From Callorhinchus milii (lineage: Eukaryota): a stretch of 49,104 nucleotides of DNA. The notes below the pieces were generated by a model, which saw only the letters and a list, made by a program, of their open reading frames with translations, was not told the DNA's origin and did not search any database. Position numbers and translations under genes: made by a program. Positions 23,637 through 35,162 of this stretch are shown here, one piece after another. The stretch is taken from positions 1-49,104 of the forward strand of contig NW_024705391.1 in the NCBI RefSeq assembly GCF_018977255.1. Direction: 5' to 3'. The stretch's first letter is position 1, and each line of letters begins with the position of its first letter.

Positions 23637-25453
23637 CAGGCGAATATATTTTAAATCCTTTATTAAATCCTTTATTTCAAGTTCGCTTGCTTGCTTGTGC
23701 GCTTACGACCGTGCAAATCTTTCGGTCGTTTTTTAACCCACTTCCCGTGATCCAATCGAGCTGAAATTTTGCACACAGACTCGTTGTGTTTGACAATTAA
23801 TGTTCGTGAAATTTTTTTTCCAAAATTTTACACTTTTTAGGACAAAAATATTATATTTAATTACCAATTGCTTAATGCTGCCATGCAATCATCTGACCCA
23901 TAGGTGGCAGCCATCTCAAGCCAGAGGACGAGAGGACTCTAGCCGCCACGCATCTAAAGGATTTTGAGTGAAAAACTTTGTTTTTACGGGTTATACTTGT
24001 TTACATGACATGTTCATGGTGAAATATCCTACTTTTAATGCAATATATAGCATACTAATGCTAAACAAAACAGAGGAATTCACTTTTGTTGAAAAAGAAA
24101 GCTGTAAAAATTTGGCCAATATTGGCCAAAAACGGCATAGGTTAGTATGCCGATTTTCTTCTTGTGGGACGTAAACATTTCATCGTGAAATTTTCCCCGT
24201 TTAATCTAATACATAGCATAATAAGGACTTAAATTTTGTTGAAAAAGAAAGCTGTAAAAATTTGGGCACTATTGGCAGATAGATGAATATTATTTCCAAA
24301 AAAGGAAGCTGTAAAAATTTGGCCAATATTGGGCAAAAACGGCATAGGTTAGTATGCCGATTTGCTTCTTTTTACATGAAATTTCATGGTGAAATATCCT
24401 ACTTTTATGCAATATATAGCATACTAATGCTAAACAAAAGGAGGAATTAACTTTTGTTGAAAAAGAAAGCTGTAAAAATTTGGCCAATATTGGCCAAAAC
24501 GGCATAGGTTAGTATGCCGATTTGCTTTTTTTACATGAAATGTTCATGGTGAAATATCCTACTTTTAATGCAATATATAGCATACTAATGCTAAACAAAA
24601 CGAGGAATTAACTTTTGTTGAAAAAGAAAGCTGTAAAAATTTGGCCAATATTGGCCAAAAACGGCATAGGTTAGTATGCCGATTTGCTTTTTTTACTTGA
24701 AAATTTCATGGTGAAATTTCCAACTTATTGCAACGTAATCTATAGGATATATAAGGCAAAACAACCCGAGGATTGCACTTTTGTTGACAAAGAAAGCTGT
24801 AAAAATTTGGCCAATATTGGCCAATTTGCTTCTTTTTAAATCCTTTATATTAAGTTCGCTTGCTTGCTTGCGTGCTTGCTTGCTTGCTTACGACCGTGCA
24901 AATCTTTCGGTCGTTTTTTAACCCACTTCCCGTGATCCAATCGAGCTGACATTTTCCACACAGACTCGTTGTGCGTGACAATTAATTTTCGTGAAAATTT
25001 TTTCCAAAATTTTACACTGTTTAGGGAAAATTAAATATTTAATTACCAATTGCTTAATGCTGGCAGACAATCATCTGACCCATAGGTGGCAGCCATCTCA
25101 AGCCAGAGGACGAGAGGACTCTAGCCGCCACGCATATAAAGGATTTAGAGTGAAAAACTTTGTTTTTACGGGTTAATTTTTAAATCCTTTGTATTAAGTT
25201 CACTTGCTTGCTTGCTTTGGACCGTGTAAATCTTGCGGTCGTTTTTTAACCCACTTCCGGTGATCCAATCGAGCTGACATTTTCCACACAGACTCGTTGT
25301 GCGTGACAATTAATGTTCGTGAAAAAAAAATTCCAAAATTTTACACTTTTTAGGCAAAAATTTTTATTTTCCATTTATTCAAATAGAACTCATTCATGGC
25401 TTTGGCTGAACGTCACAGTGTAGGAGCCCAGAGCGTGACACCTCCACAGGCCT

Positions 25454-25526
25454 GGCGGAGTAGCGCAGTTGGTAGCGTCCTCGCTTCCCATGCCAAAGGT
25501 CGCGGGATCGATCCCCGCATCCTCCA
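25454..25526 (+). pseudogene. tRNA-like unit
   Basis: 73-nt copy like 23564-23636. Confidence 0.8.
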
Positions 25527-27277
25527 CAGGCGAATATATTTTAAATTCTTTATTAAATCCTTTATTTCAAGTTCGCTTGCTTGCTTGTGCGCTTACGACC
25601 GTGCAAATCTTTCGGTCGTTTTTTAACCCACTTCCCGTGATCCAATCGAGCTGACATTTTGCACACAGACTCGTTGTGTGTGACAATTAATGTTCGTGAA
25701 AATTTTTTTTACCAAAAATATTATATTTAATTACCAATTGCTTAATGCTGCATGCAATCATCTGACCCATAGGTGGCAGCCATCTCAAGCCAGAGGACGA
25801 GAGGACTCTAGCCGCCACGCATATAAAGGATTTAGAGTGAAAAACTTTGTTTTTACGGGTTATACTTGTTTACATGACATGTTCATGGTGAAATATCCTA
25901 CTTTTAATGCAATATATAGCATACTAATGCTAAACAAAACAGAGGAATTAACTTTTGTTGAAAAAGAAAGCTGTAAAAATTTGGCCAATATTGGCCAAAA
26001 ACGGCATAGGTTAGTATGCCGATTTTCTTTTGTGGGACGTAAACATTTCATCGTGAAATTTTCCCCTTAATCTAATACATAGCATAATAAGGCTAAATAC
26101 AATAGAGGAATGAACTATGTCCAAAAAAAGCTGTGAAAGTTTGGCCACTATTGGCCAAAAACGGCATAGATTAGTATGCCGATTTTCTTTTTTACTTGAA
26201 AATTTCATGGTGAAATTTCCAACTTTTTACATAATATATCGGATATATAAGCTAAACAACCCGAGGATTGCACTTTTGTTGAAAAAGAAAGCTGTAAAAA
26301 TTTGGCCAATATTGGCCAAAAACGGCATAGGTTAGTATGCCGATTTGCTTCTTTTTTACATGAAATGTTCATGGTGAAATATCCTACTTTTAATGCAATA
26401 TATAGCATACTAATGCTAAACAAAAGCGAGGAATTAACTTTTGTTGAAAAAGAAAGCTGTAAAAATTTGGCCAATATTGGCCAAAAACGGCATAGGTTAG
26501 TATGCCGATTTGCTTTTTTTACTTGAAAATTTCATGGTGAAATTTCCAACTTTTTAACGTAATCTATCGGATATATAAGGCAAAACAACCCCGAGGATTG
26601 CACTTTTGTTGACAAAGAAAGCTGTAAAAATTTGGCCAATATTGGCCAATTTGCTTCTTTTTGATCCTTTATATTAAGTTCGCTTGCTTGCTTGCGTGCT
26701 TGCTTGCTTGCTTACGACCGTGCAAATCTTTCGGTCGTTTTTTAACCCACTTCCCGTGATCCAATCGAGCTGACATTTTCCACACAGACTCGTTGTGCGT
26801 GACAATTAATTTTCGTGAAAAATTTTCCAAAATTTTACACTGTTTATGGAAAATTTTTAAATATTTAATTACCAATTGCTTAATGCTGGCAGACAATCAT
26901 CTGACCCATAGGTGGCAGCCATCTCAAGCCAGAGGACGAGAGGACTCTAGCCGCCACGCATATAAAGGATTTAGAGTGAAAAACTTTGTTTTTACGGGTT
27001 AATTTTTAAATCCTTTGTATTAAGTTCACTTGCTTGCTTGCTTTGGACCGTGTAAATCTTGCGGTCGTTTTTTAACCCACTTCCGGTGATCCAATCGAGC
27101 TGACATTTTCCACACAGACTCGTTGTGCGTGACAATTAATGTTCGTGAAAAAAAATTCCAAAATTTTACACTTTTTAGGCAAAAATTTTATTTTCCATTT
27201 ATTCAAATAGAACTCATTCATGGCTTTGGCTGAACGTCACAGTGTAGGAACCCAGAGCGTGACACCTCCACAGGCCT

Positions 27278-27353
27278 GGCGGAGTAGCGCAGTTGGTAGC
27301 GTCCTCGCTTCCCATGCCAAAGGTCGCGGGATCGATCGATCCCGCATCCTCCA
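27278..27353 (+). pseudogene. tRNA-like unit with duplicated CGAT in the T loop
   Basis: gggatcgatcgatcccg. Confidence 0.74.
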
Positions 27354-27695
27354 CTGGCGAATATATTTTAAATCCTTTATTAAATCCTTTATTTCAAGTT
27401 CGCTTGCTTGCTTGTGCGCTTACGACCGTGCAAATCTTTCGGTCGTTTTTTAACCCACTTCCCGTGATCCAACCGAGCTGAAATTTTGCACACAGACTCG
27501 TTGTGTTTGACAATTAATGTTCGTGAAATTTTTTTCCAAAATTTTACACTTTAATTACCAATTGCTTAATGCTGCCATGCAATCATCTGACCCATAGGTG
27601 GCAGCCATCTCAAGCCAGAGGACGAGAGGACTCTAGCCGCCACGCATCTAAAGGATTTAGAGTGAAAAACTTTGTTTTTACGGGTTATACTTGTT

Positions 27696-28822
27696 TACAT
27701 GACATGTTCATGGTGAAATATCCTACTTTTAATGCAATATATAGCATACTAATGCTAAACAAAACAGAGGAATTAACTTTTGTTGAAAAAGAAAGCTGTA
27801 AAAATTTGGCCAATATTGGCCAAAAACGGCATAGGTTAGTATGCCGATTTTCTTCTTGTGGGACGTAAACATTTCATCGTGAAATTTTCCCCGTTTAATC
27901 TAATACATAGCATAATAAGGCTAAATACAATAGAGGAATGAACTATTGTCCAAAAATGAAGCTGTGAAAGTTTGGCCACTATTGGCCAAAAACGGCATAG
28001 ATTAGTATGCCGATTTTCTTTCTTTACTTGAAAATTTCATGGTGAACTTTCCAACTTTTTTACATAATATATCGAATATATAAGGCAAAACAACCCGAGG
28101 ATTGCACTTTTGTTGAAAAAGAAAGCTGTAAAAATTTGGCCAATATTGGGCAAAACGGCATAGGTTAGTATGCCGATTTGCTTCTTTTTTACATGAAATG
28201 TTCATGGTGAAATATCCTACTTTTAATGCAATATATAGCATACTAATGCTAAACAAAAGCGAGGAATTAATTTTGTTGAAAAAGAAAGCTGTAAAAATTT
28301 GGCCAATATTGGCCAAAAACGGCATAGGTTAGTATGCCGATTTGCTTCTTTTTACATGAAATGTTCATGGTGAAATATCCTACTTTTAATGCAATATATA
28401 GCATACTAATGCTAAACAAAAGCGAGGAATTAACTTTTGTTGAAAAAGAAAGCTGTAAAAATTTGGCCAATATTGGCCAAAAACGGCATAGGTTAGTATG
28501 CCGATTTGCTTTTTTTACTTGAAAATTTCATGGTGAAATTTCCAACTTTTTAACGTAATCTATCGGATATATAAGGCAAAACAACCCCGAGGATTGCACT
28601 TTTGTTGACAAAGAAAGCTGTAAAAATGTGGCCAATATTGGGCAAAAACGGCATAGGTTAGTATGCCGATTTGCTTTTTTTACTTGAAAATTTCATGGTG
28701 AAATTTCCAACTTTTTAACGTAATCTATCGGATATATAAGGCAAAACAACCCGAGGATTGCACTTTTGTTGACAAAGAAAGCTGTAAAAATTTGGCCAAT
28801 ATTGGCCAATTTGCTTCTTTTT
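27696..28822 (+). repeat. Run of ~7 165-bp monomers (variant subtypes)
   Basis: Repeating ...gaaagctgtaaaaatttggccaatattggccaaaaacggcataggttagtatgccg... Confidence 0.92.
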
Positions 28823-29443
28823 GAATCCTTTATATTAAGTTCGCTTGCTTGCTTGCGTGCTTGCTTGCTTGCTTACGACCGTGCAAATCTTTCGGTCGTT
28901 TTTTAACCCACTTCCCGTGATCCAATCGAGCTGACATTTTCCACACAGACTCGTTGTGCGTGACAATTAATTTTCGTGAAAACATTTTTCCAAAATTTTA
29001 CACTGTTTAGGGAAAAGGTTTTAAATATTTAATTACCAATTGCTTAATGCTGGCAGACAATCATCTGACCCATAGGTGGCAGCCATCTCAAGCCAGAGGA
29101 CGAGAGGACTCTAGCCGCCACGCATCTAAAGGATTTAGAGTGAAAAACTTTGTTTTTACGGGTTAATTTTTAAATCCTTTGTATTAAGTTCACTTGCTTG
29201 CTTGCTTTGGACCGTGTAAATCTTGCGGTCGTTTTTTAACCCACTTCCGGTGATCCAATCGAGCTGACATTTTCCACACAGACTCGTTGTGCGTGACAAT
29301 TAATGTTCGTGAAAAAAAAATTCCCAAAATTTTACACTTTTTAGGCAAAAATTTTTTATTTTCATTTATTCAAATAGACTCATTCATGGCTTTGGCTGAA
29401 CGTCACAGTGTAGGAGCCCAGAGCGTGACACCTCCACAGGCCT

Positions 29444-29516
29444 GGCGGAGTAGCGCAGTTGGTAGCGTCCTCGCTTCCCATGCCAAAGGTCGCGGGATCG
29501 ATCCCCGCATCCTCCA
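29444..29516 (+). pseudogene. tRNA-like unit
   Basis: 73-nt copy. Confidence 0.8.
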
Positions 29517-29860
29517 CTGGCGAATATATTTTAAATCCTTTATTAAATCCTTTATTTCAAGTTCGCTTGCTTGCTTGTGCGCTTACGACCGTGCAAATCT
29601 TTCGGTCGTTTTTTAACCCACTTCCCGTGATCCAACCGAGCTGAAATTTTGCACACAGACTCGTTGTGTTTGACAATTAATGTTCGTGAAAATTTTTTTT
29701 CCAAAATTTTACACTTTAATTACCAATTGCTTAATGCTGCCATGCAATCATCTGACCCATAGGTGGCAGCCATCTCAAGCCAGAGGACGAGAGGACTCTA
29801 GCCGCCACGCATCTAAAGGATTTAGAGTGAAAAACTTTGTTTTTACGGGTTATACTTGTT

Positions 29861-30820
29861 TACATGACATGTTCATGGTGAAATATCCTACTTTTAATGC
29901 AATATATAGCATACTAATGCTAAACAAAACAGAGGAATTAACTTTTGTTGAAAAAGAAAGCTGTAAAAATTTGGCCAATATTGGGCAAAAACGGCATAGG
30001 TTAGTATGCCGATTTGCTTCTTTTTTACATGAAATGTTCATGGTGAAATATTCCTACTTTTAATGCAATATATAGCATATAATGCTAAACAAAAGCGAGG
30101 ATTAACTTTGTTGAAAAAGAAAGCTGTAAAAATTTGGCCAATATTGGCCAAAAACGGCATAGGATTAGTATGCCGATTTGCTTCTTTTTTACATGAAAAT
30201 GTTCATGGTGAAATATCCTACTTTTAATGCAATATATAGCATACTAATGCTAACAAAAGCGAGGAATTAACTTTTGTTGAAAAAGAAAGCTGTAAAAATT
30301 TGGCCAATATTGGCCAAAAACGGCATAGGTTAGTATGCCGATTTGCTTCTTTTTACATGAAATGTTCATGGTGAAATATCCTACTTTTAATGCAATATAT
30401 AGCATACTAATGCTAAACAAAAGCGAGGAATTAACTTTTGTTGAAAAAGAAAGCTGTAAAAATTTGGCCAATATTGGCCAAAACGCATAGGTTAGTATGC
30501 CGATTGCTTTTTTTACTTGAAAATTTCATGGTGAAAATTTCCAACTTTTTAACGTAATCTATCGGATATATAAGGCAAAAACAACCCCGAGGATTGCACT
30601 TTTGTTGACAAAGAAAGCTGTAAAAATGTGGCCAATATTGGGCAAAACGGCATAGGTTAGTATGCCGATTTGCTTTTTTTACTTGAAAATTTCATGGTGA
30701 AATTTCCAACTTTTTAACGTAATCTATCGGATATATAAGGCAAAACAACCCCGAGGATTGCACTTTTGTTGACAAAGAAAGCTGTAAAAATTTGGCCAAT
30801 ATTGGCCAATTTGCTTTTTT
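29861..30820 (+). repeat. Run of ~6 165-bp monomers
   Basis: Same repeating monomer as 27696-28822. Confidence 0.92.
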
Positions 30821-31436
30821 GAATCCTTTATATTAAGTTCGCTTGCTTGCTTGCGTGCTTGCTTGCTTGCTTACGACCGTGCAAATCTTTCGGTCGTTTT
30901 TTAACCCACTTCCCGTGATCCAATCGAGCTGACATTTTCCACACAGACTCGTTGTGCGTGACAATTAATTTTCGTGAAAAATTTTTCCAAAATTTTACAC
31001 TGTTTAGGGAAAATTTTAAATATTTAATTACCAATTGCTTAATGCTGGCAGACAATCATCTGACCCATAGGTGGCAGCCATCTCAAGCCAGAGGACGAGA
31101 GGACTCTAGCCGCCACGCATATAAAGGATTTAGAGTGAAAAACTTTGTTTTTACGGGTTAATTTTTAAATCCTTTGTATTAAGTTCACTTGCTTGCTTGC
31201 TTTGGACCGTGTAAATCTTGCGGTCGTTTTTTAACCCACTTCCCGTGATCCAATCGAGCTGACATTTTCCACACAGACTCGTTGTGCGTGACAATTAATG
31301 TTCGTGAAAAAAAAATTCCAAAATTTTACACTTTTTAGGCAAAAATTTATTTTCCAATTATTCAAATAGAACTCATTCATGGCTTTGGCTGAACGTCACA
31401 GTGTAGGAGCCCAGAGCGTGACACCTCCACAGGCCT

Positions 31437-31509
31437 GGCGGAGTAGCGCAGTTGGTAGCGTCCTCGCTTCCCATGCCAAAGGTCGCGGGATCGATCCCCG
31501 CATCCTCCA
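31437..31509 (+). pseudogene. tRNA-like unit
   Basis: 73-nt copy. Confidence 0.8.
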
Positions 31510-33418
31510 CAGGCGAATATATTTTAAATCCTTTATTAAATCCTTTATTTCAAGTTCGCTTGCTTGCTTGTGCGCTTACGACCGTGCAAATCTTTCGGTC
31601 GTTTTTTAACCCACTTCCCGTGATCCAATCGAGCTGAAATTTTGCACACAGACTCGTTGTGTGTGACAATTAATGTTCGTGAAATTTTTTTCCCAAAACT
31701 TTTACACTTTAATTACCAATTGCTTAATGCTGCCAAGCAATCATCTGACCCATAGGTGGCAGCCATCTCAAGCCAGAGGACGAGAGGACTCTAGCCGCCA
31801 CGCATCTAAAGGATTTAGAGTGAAAAACTTTGTTTTTACGGTTATACTTGTTTACATGACATGTTCATGGTGAAATATCCTACTTTTAATGCAATATATA
31901 GCATACTAATGCTAAACAAAACAGAGGAATTAACTTTTGTTGAAAAAGAAAGCTGTAAAAATTTGGCCAATATTGGCCAAAAACGGCATAGGTTAGTATG
32001 CCGATTTTTCTTTGTGGACGTAAACATTTCATCGTGAAATTTTCCCGTTTAATCTAATACATAGCATAATAAGGCTAAATACAATAGAGGAATGAACTAT
32101 TGTCCAAAAATGAAGCTGTGAAAGTTTGGCCACTATTGGCCAAAAACGGCATAGATTAGTATGCCGATTTTCTTTTTTTACTTGAAAATTTCATGGTGAA
32201 ATTCCAACTTTTTTACATAATATATCGAATATATAAGGCAAAACAACCCGAGGATTGCACTTTTGTTGAAAAAGAAAGCTGTAAAAATTTGGCCAATATT
32301 GGAAAAACGGCATAGGTTAGTATGCCGATTTGCTTCTTTTTTACATGAAATGTTCATGGTGAAATATCCTACTTTTAATGCAATATATAGCATACTAATG
32401 CTAAACAAAAGCGAGGAATTAACTTTTGTTGAAAAAGAAAGCTGTAAAAATTTGGCCAATATTGGCCAAAAACGGCATAGGTTAGTATGCCGATTTGCTT
32501 TTTTACTTGAAATTTCATGGTGAAATTTCCAACTTTTAACGTAATCTATCGGATATATAAGGCAAAACAACCCCGAGGATTGCATTTTGTTGACAAAGAA
32601 AGCTGTAAAAATGTGGCCAATATTGGCAAAAACGGCATAGGTTAGTATGCCGATTTGCTTTTTTACTTGAAAATTTCATGGTGAAATTTCCAACTTTTAA
32701 CGTAATCTATCGGATATATAAGGCAAAACAACCCGAGGATTGCACTTTTGTTGACAAAGAAAGCTGTAAAAATTTGGCCAATATTGGCCAATTTGCTTCT
32801 TTTTGAATCCTTTATATTAAGTTCGCTTGCTTGCTTGCGTGCTTGCTTGCTTGCTTACGACCGTGCAAATCTTTCGGTCGTTTTTAACCCACTTCCCGTG
32901 ATCCAATCGAGCTGACATTTTCCACACAGACTCGTTGTGCGTGACAATTAATTTTCGTGAAAATTTTTCCAAAATTTTACACTGTTTATGGAAAATTTAA
33001 ATATTTAATTACCAATTGCTTAATGCTGGCAGACAATCATCTGACCCATAGGTGGCAGCCATCTCAAGCCAGAGGACGAGAGGACTCTAGCCACCACGCA
33101 TATAAAGGATTTAGAGTGAAAAACTTTGTTTTTACGGGTTAATTTTTAAATCCTTTGTATTAAGTTCACTTGCTTGCTTGCTTTGGACCGTGTAAATCTT
33201 GCGGTCGTTTTTTACCCACTTCCGGTGATCCAATCGAGCTGACATTTTCCACACAGACTCGTTGTGCGTGACAATTAATGTTCGTGAAAAAAAAATTCCA
33301 AAATTTACACTTTTTAGGCAAAAAAATTTTTATTTCCATTTATTCAAATAGAACTCATTCATGGCTTTGGCTGAACGTCACAGTGTAGGAGCCCAGAGCG
33401 TGACACCTCCACAGGCCT

Positions 33419-33490
33419 GGCGGAGTAGCGCAGTTGGTAGCGTCCTCGCTTCCCATGCCAAAGGTCGCGGATCGATCCCCGCATCCTCCA
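33419..33490 (+). pseudogene. tRNA-like unit
   Basis: 72-nt copy. Confidence 0.76.
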
Positions 33491-33850
33491 CGGCGAATAT
33501 ATTTTAAATCCTTTATTAAATCCTTTATTTCAAGTTCGCTTGCTTGCTTGTGCGCTTACGACCGTGCAAATCTTTCGGTCGTTTTTTAACCCACTTCCCG
33601 TGATCCAATCGAGCTGAAATTTTGCACACAGACTCGTTGTGTTTGACAATTAATGTTCGTGAAATTTTTTCCAAAATTTACACTTTTTAGGACAAAAATA
33701 TTATATTTAATTACCAATTGCTTAATGCTGCCATGCAATCATCTGACCCATAGGTGGCAGCCATCTCAAGCCAGAGGACGAGAGGACTCTAGCCGCCACG
33801 CATCTAAAGGATTTAGAGTGAAAAACTTTGTTTTACGGGTTATACTTGTT

Positions 33851-34483
33851 TACATGACATGTTCATGGTGAAATATCCTACTTTTAATGCAATATATAGC
33901 ATACTAATGCTAAACAAAACAGAGGAATTAACTTTTGTTGAAAAAGAAAGCTGTAAAAATTTGGCCAATATTGGCCAAAAACGGCATAGGTTAGTATGCC
34001 GATTTGCTTTCTTTTTACATGAAATGTTCATGGTGAAATATCCTACTTTTAATGCAATATATAGCATACTAATGCTAAACAAAAGCGAGGAATTAACTTT
34101 TGTTGAAAAAGAAAGCTGTAAAAATTTGGCCAATATTGGCCAAAAACGGCATAGGTTAGTATGCCGATTTGCTTCTTTTTTACATGAAATGTTCATGGTG
34201 AAATATCCTACTTTTAATGCAATATATAGCATACTAATGCTAAACAAAAGCGAGGAATTAACTTTTGTTGAAAAAGAAAGCTGTAAAAATGTGGCCAATA
34301 TTAGGCAAAAACGGCATAGGTTAGTATGCCGATTTGCTTTTTTACTTGAAAATTTCATGGTGAAATTTCCAACTTTTTAACGTAATCTATCGGATATATA
34401 AGGCAAACACCCCGAGGATTGCACTTTTGTTGACAAAGAAAGCTGTAAAAATTTGGCCAATATTGGCCAATTTGCTTCTTTTT
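33851..34483 (+). repeat. Cleanest run of 165-bp monomers (~4 copies)
   Basis: The translated track repeats every 55 codons = 165 bp. Confidence 0.95.
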
Positions 34484-35091
34484 GAATCCTTTATATTAAG
34501 TTCGCTTGCTTGCTTGCTTACGACCGTGCAAATCTTTCGGTCGTTTTTTAACCCACTTCCCGTGATCCAATCGAGCTGACATTTTCCACACAGACTCGTT
34601 GTGCGTGACAATTAATTTTCGTGAAATTTTTTCCAAATTTTACACTGTTTATGGAAAACAAATTAAATATTTAATTACCAATTGCTTAATGCTGGCAGAC
34701 AATCATCTGACCCATAGGTGGCAGCCATCTCAAGCCAGAGGACGAGAGGACTCTAGCCGCCACGCATATAAAGGATTTAGAGTGAAAAACTTTGTTTTTA
34801 CGGGTTACTTATATTTTTAAATCCTTTGTATTAAGTTCACTTGCTTGCTTGCTTTGGACCGTGTAAATCTTGCGGTCGTTTTTAACCCACTTCCGGTGAT
34901 CCAATCGAGCTGACATTTTCCACACAGACTCGTTGTGCGTGACAATTAATGTTCGTGAAAAAAAAATTCCAAAATTTTACACTTTTTAGGCAAAAATTTT
35001 TTTTTTACATTTATTCAAATAGAACTCATTCATGGCTTTGGCTGAACGTCACAGTGTAAGGAGCCCAGAGCGTAACCCCTCCACAGGCCGT

Positions 35092-35162
35092 GGCGGAGTA
35101 GCGCAGTTGGTAGCCCCTCGCTTCCCATGCCAAAGGTCGCGGGATCGATCCCCGCGTCTCCA
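35092..35162 (+). pseudogene. tRNA-like unit, array-edge variant
   Basis: Damaged copy preceded by cgtaacccctccacaggccgt. Confidence 0.72.

Larger units (their letters stand above)
13534..24225 (+). repeat. Composite macrosatellite continued: two more ~5.2-5.3-kb higher-order units
   Basis: CCCTAA blocks at 13878 and 19225; module order and diagnostic variants match 3405-8594. Confidence 0.95.

Noticed and set aside
33840..34380. ORFs of 170+ aa on both strands with a 55-aa repeat (similar at 6091 and 21910)
   Set aside because: They follow from a 165-bp monomer divisible by 3; other copies are freely frameshifted and no domain is recognisable.
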